Below the pieces are notes generated by a model, which was given only the letters and a program-made list of their open reading frames with translations, did not search any database and had not been told where the DNA came from. A DNA stretch of 47,104 bases. It comes from a virus (lineage: Duplodnaviria > Caudoviricetes). This document shows positions 24,525-34,616 of the stretch, one piece after another. The stretch lies in IMG/VR virus record IMGVR_UViG_3300048865_000016, positions 1-47,104 of that record; one strand, given 5' to 3'. Position numbers and translations under genes: made by a program. Position 1 is the first letter of the stretch. Every line of letters begins with the position of its first letter.

Positions 24525-24750
24525 CTTTAGTTTCGAAGTCGATTCAGAAAAGGATGTCTCCTATGTTCTGTACAAGGACAAGAGAACACGGTTCGTCATC
24601 CATAAGGAGTTTTGGCCTAAACTCTCTTACACCGTAAAGGCGCATTATCCAGAGGCCGGTAAAGTGGAAGTGATAGGTGTACGCAAAACTCAAGAAGCGG
24701 CGGTAGAGCTGGCTGAGAAGTCAGTGCTTGAAAGGTCGGACTATCTCTAG
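24517..24750 (+). CDS. Hypothetical protein
   Basis: 77 aa, overlaps the HTH gene. Confidence 0.65.
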   Translation: MTDFSFEVDSEKDVSYVLYKDKRTRFVIHKEFWPKLSYTVKAHYPEAGKVEVIGVRKTQEAAVELAEKSVLERSDYL

Positions 24751-25037
24751 TCCTTGAGGCAGTGCTCCATCCATGTCCGGTTATGGGCCAGCACCTGGTT
24801 AAGCGATCCCTCTGACAACTGCGCCCGTTCGATGGATGTGATGGTCTTCTGGGACACACCCTTCTCTCGGACTTCAATCATTCCTTCTGTAGGTACACCG
24901 TAGATCTCCGGTCCGAGCAGCCGAATCGGCTGAACCCATGAGCAGCCCATGTCCCGTGGCTGTTCAATCCTTACGGCTCCAGTCCCGCTGCAGCTCGCTA
25001 CGAACATCATCGAGAGGAGTATTGGCCACCTGCTCAT
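24747..25037 (-). CDS. o-spanin (Rz1-like lipoprotein)
   Basis: Lipobox 'MFVASC'; C-terminal 'QVLAHNRTW..HC'; overlaps the i-spanin. Confidence 0.8.
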   Translation of the reverse strand: MSRWPILLSMMFVASCSGTGAVRIEQPRDMGCSWVQPIRLLGPEIYGVPTEGMIEVREKGVSQKTITSIERAQLSEGSLNQVLAHNRTWMEHCLKD

Positions 25038-25275
25038 TTGTCTGGTCTCGCTTCTGTCTGTTGAACACCATCCTGTCCGTGGCTTCCACAACTTCCTTTG
25101 CATCCTTCTCAGCTCGTCGCGCCCTCTCCTCAGCAACGGCCTGCCCGGTCTGTGCTACCGCAACTCGTGCATCAGCCTGGCGTGTTGCTCTGAAGTGGCC
25201 ATACGCGGCGCCAGATATCCCGGTGATTAGCGCCAGCAGCAAGGGCCAGTACTGGTGGATGAGTTCTGCTATCAC
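24964..25275 (-). CDS. i-spanin (Rz-like)
   Basis: N-terminal TM plus coiled coil, directly after the endolysin. Confidence 0.8.
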   Translation of the reverse strand: MIAELIHQYWPLLLALITGISGAAYGHFRATRQADARVAVAQTGQAVAEERARRAEKDAKEVVEATDRMVFNRQKRDQTNEQVANTPLDDVRSELQRDWSRKD

Positions 25276-25787
25276 GTGTCCTGGGCTCCATACTTAAGAT
25301 TCAGCGCTACGCGGTTGACCCACCCGCCCCCGTAGCGCTGAAACTTTTCCAACCTGGTAATGAATGCCAACCGCTCTGAGTTAAACAGCATGACGAGATC
25401 AGTTACGCTCGTTGCTTTAACTGCTGCAAGAGTGAGGCGGCCAACGCTTCCATCATCGGCCACACCAACAGCCCGTTGGAGAAACCTGATTGCGTTGCCC
25501 GGACCATGATTTACCTGAGCGTCAAATACCTGAAAAGCAAAGCCCGGATCGTATTCCCCCATCTTGGCCCTGTCCCAGTAGTCACGCTTATAGATGTCCT
25601 TGGCCTGCGCCAGAGTCAGATTCTTAATGTCCAGGTGCGGATAAGCCATTGCACTGATGCCGAACTTCGTCCCTCTTAGCTCACCTACCCCAATGATGCC
25701 GGATGTCCAGTTGCCACGGTCGGCCCGGTCCTCCTGGTACTTGCCCTCATGGCCAACTACTCGTTGAAATGCCTCATCAAAATTCAT
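25272..25787 (-). CDS. GH108 endolysin with peptidoglycan-binding domain
   Basis: 'GHEGKYQEDRAD.G..GTKFGIS..IYKRDYW..FDAQVNHG..GWVNRV'. Confidence 0.93.
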   Translation of the reverse strand: MNFDEAFQRVVGHEGKYQEDRADRGNWTSGIIGVGELRGTKFGISAMAYPHLDIKNLTLAQAKDIYKRDYWDRAKMGEYDPGFAFQVFDAQVNHGPGNAIRFLQRAVGVADDGSVGRLTLAAVKATSVTDLVMLFNSERLAFITRLEKFQRYGGGWVNRVALNLKYGAQDT

Positions 25788-25808
25788 GGGCTTACCTTTC
25801 TCAAGGCG

Positions 25809-25830
25809 AAAAAAAACCCGCTGGTGCGGG
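25809..25830 (-). terminator. Intrinsic terminator between tail genes and endolysin
   Basis: CCCGC-ACCA-GCGGG followed by a T8 run. Confidence 0.6.
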
Positions 25831-25849
25831 CCTGTTCTTTCGTATCGGA

Positions 25850-26422
25850 TTAAAGACTGAACGCCCATTGTATGGATCGGGGGTCATTGCTTGCGCGAAT
25901 ATCACGGGCGGCTTCATCACGAATCGCCGTATAGATTGCAATCCGCTCAAAGTCTGCGCGCTCAATTGCCCTTTCCACCAGTTCTTCAAACGACTCTTCA
26001 AATCCCACACCCTGGCGCGCCGCGTGATACGCAGTCAGAAGCGGTGTGGCTGGTTTGTTTTCGGCCGGTGCCGCCAGCCAACGCAATGCTTCGCCTGCCT
26101 GATACATGATGGCAGCGGCTTCATAGGCCGGGCTGTTGCCGTACACTTGCTGTAATGCAATGGCAAATTCTGAATTTAAATTGAACAGCGAATCATTGCG
26201 CGCATTTTCTAGCAGCTCTTCAGGCGTTGGCGCATTCACGTCAAACCAATGTCCGCCGATCCATTCCCCGGTTGTCATGCGCTGAGCGCCTTGGTACTGA
26301 CCCCGGTACATGCCATCAGGGGCGGCATCACGCGTCCAGTTTTCCGGGACCATCGTCAGCTCTTCGTCGGTATAATAGTCGCCCTTGAAATAGGCTTCTG
26401 CGTCCAGTTCGATGATGTGCAT
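25850..26422 (-). CDS. Tail-fibre-associated protein / assembly chaperone
   Basis: 190 aa after the fibre genes; 'YQAGEALRW..TPLL' pattern. Confidence 0.6.
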   Translation of the reverse strand: MHIIELDAEAYFKGDYYTDEELTMVPENWTRDAAPDGMYRGQYQGAQRMTTGEWIGGHWFDVNAPTPEELLENARNDSLFNLNSEFAIALQQVYGNSPAYEAAAIMYQAGEALRWLAAPAENKPATPLLTAYHAARQGVGFEESFEELVERAIERADFERIAIYTAIRDEAARDIRASNDPRSIQWAFSL

Positions 26423-26433
26423 AGTTTTGGCCC

Positions 26434-26868
26434 TTATAGATCAAGCGGAATCAAGGCGGACATAAAGACGCCGTTCCCGCCTGCAATGCCCTGAATTTGA
26501 ATATCACCCGTTGTTTTGACGGTGATGCGTGGGAAGGTCTTTGTGTACGTGTTCACCGTTGCCGTGTTTGCAACGGGAATTATCACGTCGCCCAGAGGAC
26601 GGAAACCTACGGGCAAAATAAACACGGACGCGTTGTCAGTTGATGACCCGTTGTAAACCTGAATCTGCAACTGCAACAGGCCACCTAGTTTCCTGAACCC
26701 GGTGCGCCCGCTGCCGAAATTGACAAACCCGTTTAACAGCGTGACGGGCTGGTAAGGCTCATTGAAGGGCACCAGGGCACCGTTTAATAACAGCTGTTGA
26801 ATGTTGTTTGCCTGCGTGGCGGCAAGCTGGGCTGAAAGCCCCCTTAATAGGCGTTCTGCGCTGGGCAT
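26434..26868 (-). CDS. Tail fibre-related protein
   Basis: 'VTLLNGF..VFILPVGFRP' fibre C-terminal motif. Confidence 0.7.
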   Translation of the reverse strand: MPSAERLLRGLSAQLAATQANNIQQLLLNGALVPFNEPYQPVTLLNGFVNFGSGRTGFRKLGGLLQLQIQVYNGSSTDNASVFILPVGFRPLGDVIIPVANTATVNTYTKTFPRITVKTTGDIQIQGIAGGNGVFMSALIPLDL

Positions 26869-26878
26869 GTCGGCCCCC

Positions 26879-28003
26879 TTAGGTCAGATTAGTTAGGCGC
26901 GTTACGTTGTCGTCAGATAAAAACGATTGATAAAAAACCATCTCGTCTATACGGCCAACAAATGGATAATCAACGGCAGCTATAAAAGCGCACCCTATGC
27001 GGGCAGTCGTGGTGCTGTCAGGGAATGCGTATTTTGCTGACCCGACCAGCTGGTTATTCACGGTCAGGAAAAACCCGTTCGCAACCGAGTACCGCAAACA
27101 ACACGCCATTGTTTGGTTATACGGATGCACTACGGTGGTAGTGATCACCCCAGCCACCCCCGAGCGCATGAACCGGAACGTATAGCCCGCGCTGGTGCCC
27201 ACAATATCCAGCTCCGGTGCGCCGTTCTCCTGGCCCAGCTGGAAGATGGCCCCAACATTGGCTTTTGGCGGAATGGCCGTGGCGTTGATCAGGAAAAAAA
27301 TTGAAAAATCCTGAGCCTTGTTCACGGGTGTGCCGCCTGCGCGTAGGATCTCTTGAACGGTTCCAGGCAATGAAAATGCGGCGTCCTCGCTGGTGCCCAA
27401 AAGCCCCGGTGCGGTCAGCGTTGATGCGTTGCTGGCGCTTGTGAAGTCCCGCCCGTTGCCGGATGAGTCTTTTACCACCATTCCTGATGTTTCGTTGAAA
27501 CGTAGGTATGCAGTCGGATTCAGGGCTTTGGCCGCATCAAAAAACGCATCTGTTGCGGGCACAATTGTTGGTGTCTTGTCGATGTACGGAACAACCGTTA
27601 GGACATCGCTTGCGCTGTCCAGCCCATCGCGTAGCAATAGCGTATTACCGGTGGTTGCGGTGTACTCGGTAAGCAAAACGCCGTTTATAAAAACATCCAG
27701 CTGATTGGGAATATACCCACCCGGAATAGTGAATAACCGCTGTCCAGCGGTACCCGACAGTTTCAGCGTTTTACGTGTGCCGCTCGCTCCGCCTCCGCTT
27801 GAGAGTCCAGCCAACTTGGCGGCTACCCATTTAGTGGTAGGTAAGCGGTCGCTGTTTTCATCTGCTGCGGGTGTGGGTGCGCTCGGGGTTCCTGTTAACT
27901 TAGGGGAGTCCAGGGGAGCGGCCTTGGCCACGCGTGCGGCTAGCGTTTTTATGTCAGCGCCAATGGCTTGCAGCGTCGACACAACGTTGTCGACCATCGA
28001 CAT
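26879..28003 (-). CDS. Tail fibre / receptor-binding protein with C-terminal LamG-like domain
   Basis: 'SPKLTGTPSAPTP..TTKWV' fibre repeat; 'YLRFNETSG..DSSGNG..FVGRIDEMVFY..LS' LamG pattern. Confidence 0.8.
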   Translation of the reverse strand: MSMVDNVVSTLQAIGADIKTLAARVAKAAPLDSPKLTGTPSAPTPAADENSDRLPTTKWVAAKLAGLSSGGGASGTRKTLKLSGTAGQRLFTIPGGYIPNQLDVFINGVLLTEYTATTGNTLLLRDGLDSASDVLTVVPYIDKTPTIVPATDAFFDAAKALNPTAYLRFNETSGMVVKDSSGNGRDFTSASNASTLTAPGLLGTSEDAAFSLPGTVQEILRAGGTPVNKAQDFSIFFLINATAIPPKANVGAIFQLGQENGAPELDIVGTSAGYTFRFMRSGVAGVITTTVVHPYNQTMACCLRYSVANGFFLTVNNQLVGSAKYAFPDSTTTARIGCAFIAAVDYPFVGRIDEMVFYQSFLSDDNVTRLTNLT

Positions 28004-28518
28004 CAGATCGTCCCCCGCGCCGTGGTGTAGGTACCCAGATAGTCAAAGTTCGGATCACCGATGCCCATGTTTTCACCGGCTTGTTTTTGCTGAGCGATGG
28101 TGAGCGTTTGCGGCTCGTCAAAGCGTATGCGGTTGTTCAGCCCATTGGTGATGGTGGTTGCAAAATTGGCATCATTGCCAAGTGCTGTTGCCAGTTCTTC
28201 CAGCGTGTCTAGCGCCGCGCTCGCTTTACCCACCAGTTGAGTGCGCAAGCTGTCGGCTGCAGTCTTGACCAGATCCGAAATTTTGGCTGCCGAATACGTA
28301 GCGGTCGTATCAGTGTTGGTGGCTTGGTCATTGATCTTTGCCCCGCCTGAGCCACTGCTGGCATTCTTGGCGATCTGTAAGACTTCATTGATAGCCGCAA
28401 CTAGACTTGCCTTGGTGGTGGTATCCAGCGTGGCCAGATTGCCGTCACGCAGCGCCAGCGCGTTCATGTCCTTGCCGATTTGTTGCAGCGCCGCGACGAG
28501 TTGGGTTTGTAAGCTCAT
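28003..28518 (-). CDS. Tail fibre adaptor protein
   Basis: 'KASLVAAINEV', 'ALDTLEELATALGNDANFATTI' fibre motifs. Confidence 0.75.
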   Translation of the reverse strand: MSLQTQLVAALQQIGKDMNALALRDGNLATLDTTTKASLVAAINEVLQIAKNASSGSGGAKINDQATNTDTTATYSAAKISDLVKTAADSLRTQLVGKASAALDTLEELATALGNDANFATTITNGLNNRIRFDEPQTLTIAQQKQAGENMGIGDPNFDYLGTYTTARGTI

Positions 28519-29345
28519 AGTTCAGTGCCTCTGTTGGATAGGTACGCGTCTAGTAAATCGGTGTCATCTTCGGCAGGGGACGGGATCGGCTCGCCGTCAC
28601 GAGCGCTTTCGTAATAGGGCAGGAGGTCGATAGAGATTTCCCCCGAAGCGGCCACGTAGAGCCCTCCATCAGTACCGCGTCTTAATGCGTTGTCAGGGTC
28701 GGCGCTCAGCACCGCACCACCCTCACCAGGTGGCCCCTGCACTGCAAATGCAATGACCATGGGTCCTGGATCTTGTGAATCAGTAATGTCGGTAGTCATA
28801 GGCCCCTCGGCTATGCGGTAAACCGCGCCAGCTGGAAAGCGCAGCGTCATCTCGTAGTGGCCGCGCTCTGGAATAACGGCATCGGCTTCGATGATTCGAC
28901 GGATACGACCAGGCCCCTCGATCACCAGGCCTCCTGCCATGCTGTCCAGGACAATGGGCTCATCATCTTCCTTACAGCCAGTGATCGTGAGCGTCGCTAC
29001 CACACTCTCAAGCTCGATCGGCGGGTGATACACAAGGCGGCCGCCTGTAGCCCTCGTGCCTGCTGCATCAAAGTCGCTGATCTCAAGCGTGTTCTCATCG
29101 ATGAGGCGAGCAATGTGTGGCCATGCTTTACCGGCCTGACGGTTCAAGGCAGGAAGGTTTCGGACATCGTGTATCCAGACGGGCCAGTCATAGGTAAGGC
29201 CATGCTCTGGCACTGTGAGGCGCACTGGCGCCTCTGCCTGGATTGACTCAATGGCCTTATAGACCCATCGCTCCTGCATCAGGAGCATCGCCTGATTTGA
29301 AGAAGCTCCAGGAATCAGGCGCAGGGGGATGCGTGCGGGCTGCAT
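28515..29345 (-). CDS. Tail-associated structural protein
   Basis: 276 aa, AAGGAG RBS; 'SADPDNALRRGTDGGLYV' motif. Confidence 0.7.
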   Translation of the reverse strand: MQPARIPLRLIPGASSNQAMLLMQERWVYKAIESIQAEAPVRLTVPEHGLTYDWPVWIHDVRNLPALNRQAGKAWPHIARLIDENTLEISDFDAAGTRATGGRLVYHPPIELESVVATLTITGCKEDDEPIVLDSMAGGLVIEGPGRIRRIIEADAVIPERGHYEMTLRFPAGAVYRIAEGPMTTDITDSQDPGPMVIAFAVQGPPGEGGAVLSADPDNALRRGTDGGLYVAASGEISIDLLPYYESARDGEPIPSPAEDDTDLLDAYLSNRGTEL

Positions 29346-29371
29346 CGTTGCCACTCCTTTGTGTGTGAGGA

Positions 29372-30070
29372 TTAGGAAGCCAGGACGGGTAAAACGGTGA
29401 TGCGGGCAAACTGGCGCACGATGCGGAAAACGTTGTAACCGGGCGGAATCTGCACGGCCCATTTGGACCCGATATAATCGCCATTGGTGGGGGTACCGAT
29501 GCGCGGCACAAACACGACATAGGTGTCGAGCACGTCGGGCGGTGCGTTGAACGTAACTGTTTGAGCCGTGCTTGATGCGTTTTCAAGAATCAGGAGCACT
29601 TCAAAGGCGCTCATGCCTGTGAATTGGGCAAAATTGACAGTCAGCGCTTGGCGGGTTTGGCATTCGACATAACTGCTGGCGTCGTCGAGCGTGAGTGTCG
29701 GCCCCGGTTGATACTGGCCGGTATCGGGATAAGTAGTGCCCGCCCCCCCGCTTGACGCTCCGCCGGCCCCGACTTGCTCGAGCCATGCAGCCGTAACGCT
29801 TAGATAGGCAAATGTTCCAGCCGGCCAGCTGCGGGCGCTGGTGCCCTCCTGCGCGCGGTTGATAAAAAACCCATCCGCCACACTTACCACCTCGACGGCC
29901 GTTTGTTTGGTCACGTCGAGGCTGTCCGATAACGTCACGATATAAAAATCATTTTCCCGGTCTGGAAAGGTCAGCTTGCCTTTGGCGGCATTATCGAGTG
30001 GGATTTGATAGGCAGACGCGGATAGATCCGCTGTCAGCTTTGTGAAAAAGCCGTTCTTGAAACGCTGCAT
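29372..30070 (-). CDS. Tail-associated protein
   Basis: 'RAQEGTSARSWPAG' fibre N-terminal motif. Confidence 0.7.
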   Translation of the reverse strand: MQRFKNGFFTKLTADLSASAYQIPLDNAAKGKLTFPDRENDFYIVTLSDSLDVTKQTAVEVVSVADGFFINRAQEGTSARSWPAGTFAYLSVTAAWLEQVGAGGASSGGAGTTYPDTGQYQPGPTLTLDDASSYVECQTRQALTVNFAQFTGMSAFEVLLILENASSTAQTVTFNAPPDVLDTYVVFVPRIGTPTNGDYIGSKWAVQIPPGYNVFRIVRQFARITVLPVLAS

Positions 30071-30081
30071 AGATGAAAGCC

Positions 30082-31737
30082 TCAGACGTAAGTAACGGGC
30101 AAGGTCTGCCCGAGCGTTACCGCGCCGGATATAGGGTTATACGCGCCATAAAGCACGCGCCCCTGGCTAAAGGTGCGCGCATCAATCCCCCCCGGAAATG
30201 CTGTTTTAAGATAAGTAACGCCGCGACCTTTATTCAGGTCAGAGTGTGCAAGGCACAAAAGATGGTTTGCGTACCAGTAATGGCCGGTTGTGAGTTTTGA
30301 CGTTCGGTCTGCTGGATCAAGCGCCCCAGCCGTAAGGTAAAAATAGGTACTTACGTTGTATTCAGGCAGATAATCGACGCGGTAACCCGACCCAAGAAAC
30401 CAGTCATGCGTGAATGTGGTGAAAAAGTTTTGTGCTGCTGTCTCGTCCCTGCTGTCCCACACGGCCCCATTGATAGTGATGCGTTGTTTTATTACCCGTT
30501 GCGGAACCACGCTCGCGGGTTCGAATGCTTCTACATGCGCGACTCCATCAATGGTTTCGGCTGCGTCATAACTGTATTCCACGCTCGCCCGGTCGATAAC
30601 GCTGCCGTCAACATATAAAATGCGTGTGTGCCGCTCGGTGATGGTGTAAGTGGCCTTGGCTTTGAACCTGTACTGATAATCGTAGTTTCTCTTGTTGGTG
30701 TTCTTGTCCGGCGTACAAGCCCCCGCCGGGTCTGGCGTGAGTTCCACGGTTGATACATAAGGCGTTACCGCCTCGCCCTTTCCGCTTGCCGTTCCGCCCC
30801 GGTTTCCGGTGTATTGCACATCCATTGTTATGCGGGCAATCGAGCCGTCAGGCTTGAACCAATAGCCAATTGGTACGTTCGTGATGTTTACATAACGTGA
30901 CTCAGAAAAAATGCCCTCTTGAATCTCAAGGTCAATCGTATTAACAACTGTAGTTTCAACGGCTGGGCAGCCTGTCGGCGGGTCTCTGGACGTTTCATAG
31001 TTAGGCCGCCATTTAAACTTGACGCGTTCCGAATCTGGGGTTTGATCCCATGTAGCTTTTGCTTGGTCAGGCCGGTTCAATACGTCTATTTGAGCCTGAA
31101 AGGGTTTATCGTCTGTGCCATCGCCCTTGATCGTTAAGAGCAGCGCCCCATTTTCGGCGGTTATGCCCTCCCCAACGCCAGGCATCAAAATAGCGCGGCT
31201 CCCGGTGGGGTCGACATCAAACACGGTTCCTACCATCAGCGCCCATGTGTCGTTTTTTGAGAGGTCATTTAGTACGAGCGGTACGGTTCTTGTTTCAGGC
31301 TCCCATGTTGACGTGTCGGCCTGCTCTTTAAGAATGCCAAAGCGCTTGAGCGTGAGGGTGTTAAGCTCGGCATCTAAAGAAAAGCCATCAAAGATGACGG
31401 CCCAAACGTTACCCGGCGCTATCGCGTAGAGCCAGCGGCCTTCCTGCGGGTAGTGCTGCCCATGTAGCGCGAACCGATAGCCGTCACTGTGACAAATAAC
31501 GTCATTAGTCCACTGATAGCCGTTTATAAGGTCGTTAGCCTTTTCAGCTGCGGTTCGTATCGGTGGTTTAGTCCCCGGAACGGTCAGCCTATAGGTGACA
31601 AAATTGGCGCTATAGCCTGGCCGCTTCTTTCCGTTTGATAGCGTCAGCGATCCCCCGACAACAAGGCCATGAAACGGACATCCCCATGCGCCAAAATCAC
31701 TTAAAACATCAAGCCCTTCAACTGGTAGGTTTGGCAT
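30082..31737 (-). CDS. Tail tip / central spike-like protein
   Basis: 551 aa, beta-rich, 'WGCPFHGLV' start; position in the tail operon. Confidence 0.6.
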   Translation of the reverse strand: MPNLPVEGLDVLSDFGAWGCPFHGLVVGGSLTLSNGKKRPGYSANFVTYRLTVPGTKPPIRTAAEKANDLINGYQWTNDVICHSDGYRFALHGQHYPQEGRWLYAIAPGNVWAVIFDGFSLDAELNTLTLKRFGILKEQADTSTWEPETRTVPLVLNDLSKNDTWALMVGTVFDVDPTGSRAILMPGVGEGITAENGALLLTIKGDGTDDKPFQAQIDVLNRPDQAKATWDQTPDSERVKFKWRPNYETSRDPPTGCPAVETTVVNTIDLEIQEGIFSESRYVNITNVPIGYWFKPDGSIARITMDVQYTGNRGGTASGKGEAVTPYVSTVELTPDPAGACTPDKNTNKRNYDYQYRFKAKATYTITERHTRILYVDGSVIDRASVEYSYDAAETIDGVAHVEAFEPASVVPQRVIKQRITINGAVWDSRDETAAQNFFTTFTHDWFLGSGYRVDYLPEYNVSTYFYLTAGALDPADRTSKLTTGHYWYANHLLCLAHSDLNKGRGVTYLKTAFPGGIDARTFSQGRVLYGAYNPISGAVTLGQTLPVTYV

Positions 31738-32263
31738 CAGGCTTCACACTCGGATCTAAAAACTGGAACTCAACCTTTTCATTATTCGCGTCCGTCATCG
31801 TCAGCTTTTTTAGGGTTTTCAGTTCGAGTGAATAGACGCCATCAGAGCTGACTAGAAAACGGGTGTCGTAATATTCGCGGGCTACCTGCTCCTTGCCGCC
31901 TACCAGTTCGGGTTGATTATCGGCATTTAACTTGGGGCTTTCCTTTAGAGGGCTCGCAATACCACTGGTGGTTGACCTGGCGGGCTCCTTCCATGTGCCA
32001 ACCCCTGCCGTTGGTGTAAGGCTTCCTCGCTTTTCCAGTACGGATAAGGATCGTCCTTGTGAGGTTGCCGCCGGGTTTACTAATCGATTCAGGTCCTCAA
32101 CAGTCGACCCGGTACGCTCAGCAATAAGCCTTTGGCCAATGCCGCGGCGCTCAGCTTCATTGTTGATACCTATCGCTCGGCGGGCTGCTTCATTATTTGT
32201 CCCAATTGCGCGCCTGGCTGCTTCGTTATTAGCACCGATCGCACGCCGTTCTTCTTCGCTCAT
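31718..32263 (-). CDS. Tail protein with 11-aa repeats
   Basis: RRAIGxNNEAx x3 plus a partial copy. Confidence 0.75.
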   Translation of the reverse strand: MSEEERRAIGANNEAARRAIGTNNEAARRAIGINNEAERRGIGQRLIAERTGSTVEDLNRLVNPAATSQGRSLSVLEKRGSLTPTAGVGTWKEPARSTTSGIASPLKESPKLNADNQPELVGGKEQVAREYYDTRFLVSSDGVYSLELKTLKKLTMTDANNEKVEFQFLDPSVKPDAKPTS

Positions 32264-32265
32264 GG

Positions 32266-34122
32266 TTAGAGTTCCAGGGTGTCTTGAGGAATAACGATCC
32301 GATAAGTAGTGGCCACCTCGTTGACTTGCTCATCCCGCCGCGCTGCATCTATTTCCGGAGCGGTTATCTTGAACCTGCGCGGGTATCTCTCAGGCGTACT
32401 AGCAGCTGGCCCCGTAAAGCTTCCAGAAAATCCGTCAAGCGTATCGTCATACGGAGGATCATCCGAACGGCCAGAAATCTGGGTCGGGAGTTGTTCAAAA
32501 GTGCTGCCAGTAGGAGGGTTCAATACCTGAGTCAAAGGAGGCATAACTGGGGCGCTCGCCTCGTCATCGGCTCTTCCACCCATGAGAATGGCGACGGTTA
32601 AGCGAGTAACGGCGCTACCCGACTCCAGATCAAAAGTGTCCTCAATGTGACGACACTTGCCTGTCGCTTTTATGCCTGCATCATTGATGCTCAGCGTATG
32701 GATGAGGTCAACATCAGCCACCATTGGTGACGGGACCTCAATGCTGACCTTGGTATCACGATGGGCGCTGATAATAGTTACGTATGCCTGTTTGATCAGC
32801 AGATCGATCGCGCCCGCCCTTCGGGTCTCGTCTCCAAGGTCGGTAATACCTCCCTTGCTATCAAGATCCGTAATCTCATCCTTCTCCCATGCATCCGTTC
32901 TCTTATCCTCTATCTCTAAAGCGAGTCGCACTCGGGCAATCTGCTCTCCTGACTGTTCGACGCTTGTTGTCGCCTCCACCCGGATCGAGTATTGCTCAGT
33001 GATTTGCTGCACCCAGCGCCGCCCAGTCGTAACGGTAAGACCCAGCACCAGCTCCGGATAGTAGTAGTTAATCCATGGCGCCCCTGTATTACAGGGGTCG
33101 GGATGACTAGCTGGCAGTTCCATCCAGGAGGCCTTCAAGAGCGTCTGGCCAGATCCCTTGATAGCTTCGTTTACCATTTCCTTGCCAGGAAGCTCAGTAG
33201 ACTGGGTGCGCCAGAAACAGAACGCCTGGCCTGCAGTCAGGTAGCCACCGGTCTGAGGGCTTACCCAGGCGTATGTATTGTTCTCTTGCCATAAGCGCGG
33301 GAAACGGTATCCCCCCTCAATGATCACAACGTTGGTGAGATTATCCAGCTGAGCCAGTTCGATCCGGGTATTGCCATAACTTGTGGTACCCGCACCGAAT
33401 ACATAGGAAGGGACAGACGCAGCCCAGGGAGTAACCCTAAGCTCTCCATAAGGCGATGCATCCAGACTTGCCGGCCTTGTACTCAGGCGTTCTGTTGCAT
33501 AATCCCAGTGTGACCGGCCTTCTGTAGGTTCGAAGACATCCTCAGACCATACGCCACCTACCAGGGCATCAATGGCCTCAATGGACATAGCCTCCACACG
33601 CTTCTGCAGGCTGTCCGTACATTCAAGGGTAAGCACTCTGGTAAACGGATCAAATGTCGGATCAGATATCTGCCCGGTGTAACGCCTGATCGATCTGGCC
33701 TCTTTACCGCGCCAGAACAGAAAGTCGATCTCCACAGCACGACCAATCCAGCCGGTTGGTACTACCGGACCTGAAGCCAGTTGGATGGAAAAGGTTGCAA
33801 GACCCGCTGCACCTTCCTCACGATCAATCGTAATCTGACCTGTGAGACGGCTACTTACGTCCTCTCCTGCAATTCGAACAGCCATTCTCCAGACATAAGA
33901 ATGACTCGGCGATACCGACTCAGGATCGGCAGGATTTACTGGCGGCGCTGGTTGATCAGGCCAGGTAGGCTCTGTACCGGGTGTGGGTACCGGATCTGGA
34001 GGAGTTGGCTCTACAGGAGGGATCGGTGTAGTAACTGTTTCACCAATCTGTGTGCCGGCATTAACAGGCGCGCCGTTGACTAAAGAACCATTAATCATGC
34101 TTCTTGCGCCGTCATAGTCCAA
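32266..34122 (-). CDS. Tail tip / baseplate hub-like protein
   Basis: 618 aa, second gene after the tape measure; Pro-rich N-terminal linker. Confidence 0.7.
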   Translation of the reverse strand: MDYDGARSMINGSLVNGAPVNAGTQIGETVTTPIPPVEPTPPDPVPTPGTEPTWPDQPAPPVNPADPESVSPSHSYVWRMAVRIAGEDVSSRLTGQITIDREEGAAGLATFSIQLASGPVVPTGWIGRAVEIDFLFWRGKEARSIRRYTGQISDPTFDPFTRVLTLECTDSLQKRVEAMSIEAIDALVGGVWSEDVFEPTEGRSHWDYATERLSTRPASLDASPYGELRVTPWAASVPSYVFGAGTTSYGNTRIELAQLDNLTNVVIIEGGYRFPRLWQENNTYAWVSPQTGGYLTAGQAFCFWRTQSTELPGKEMVNEAIKGSGQTLLKASWMELPASHPDPCNTGAPWINYYYPELVLGLTVTTGRRWVQQITEQYSIRVEATTSVEQSGEQIARVRLALEIEDKRTDAWEKDEITDLDSKGGITDLGDETRRAGAIDLLIKQAYVTIISAHRDTKVSIEVPSPMVADVDLIHTLSINDAGIKATGKCRHIEDTFDLESGSAVTRLTVAILMGGRADDEASAPVMPPLTQVLNPPTGSTFEQLPTQISGRSDDPPYDDTLDGFSGSFTGPAASTPERYPRRFKITAPEIDAARRDEQVNEVATTYRIVIPQDTLEL

Positions 34123-34616
34123 GTGAACGTTGCGTTATTCGGATCCATCGACTCATCTGTGGGATCGGTAAAGACCGTAAACACAGGCATCCATGAAACC
34201 CGGTACAAATCAGCGTTAGGCACCTCGTCGAACGTTGCCACCAGATCCTGAACAGTGACCCTGCAAGGCAACCAAATCCCATCAACGTAAGCCATTGCCC
34301 ATGGATCAACATCGGGTCTGGGAGTAGAGATCAGCGAGACTGTTGTTGTCTTACTGGATATGGCCTGTGGCTTGGTACACCTAAGCTCAAGAGGTGAATT
34401 AAAATCCAGCCCATCAAAGCCAGGCCCCATCCACCCTGTGCCACTGAGAGTGATGGTAGTCTTGGACCAATGCAGCATACTGACCAGCGCGCCCTGGCTT
34501 AAACGAATCAAGGAGCGACCCTCTGCGCCTCGTACATAACGCTGTGTCACGGTCCCGGCCTGCAAAACTATCGGCAGGCCTTCGAGCATAACTTGAGGTT
34601 TTGCCATTATGTCCAT
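34095..34616 (-). CDS. Distal tail-like protein
   Basis: 173 aa, directly after the tape measure. Confidence 0.65.
   Translation of the reverse strand: MDIMAKPQVMLEGLPIVLQAGTVTQRYVRGAEGRSLIRLSQGALVSMLHWSKTTITLSGTGWMGPGFDGLDFNSPLELRCTKPQAISSKTTTVSLISTPRPDVDPWAMAYVDGIWLPCRVTVQDLVATFDEVPNADLYRVSWMPVFTVFTDPTDESMDPNNATFTWTMTAQEA

Noticed and set aside
25850-31737. Diversity-generating retroelement or invertible tail-fibre shufflon
   Set aside because: No reverse transcriptase or invertase nearby, and no template/variable repeat pair or crossover repeats were seen
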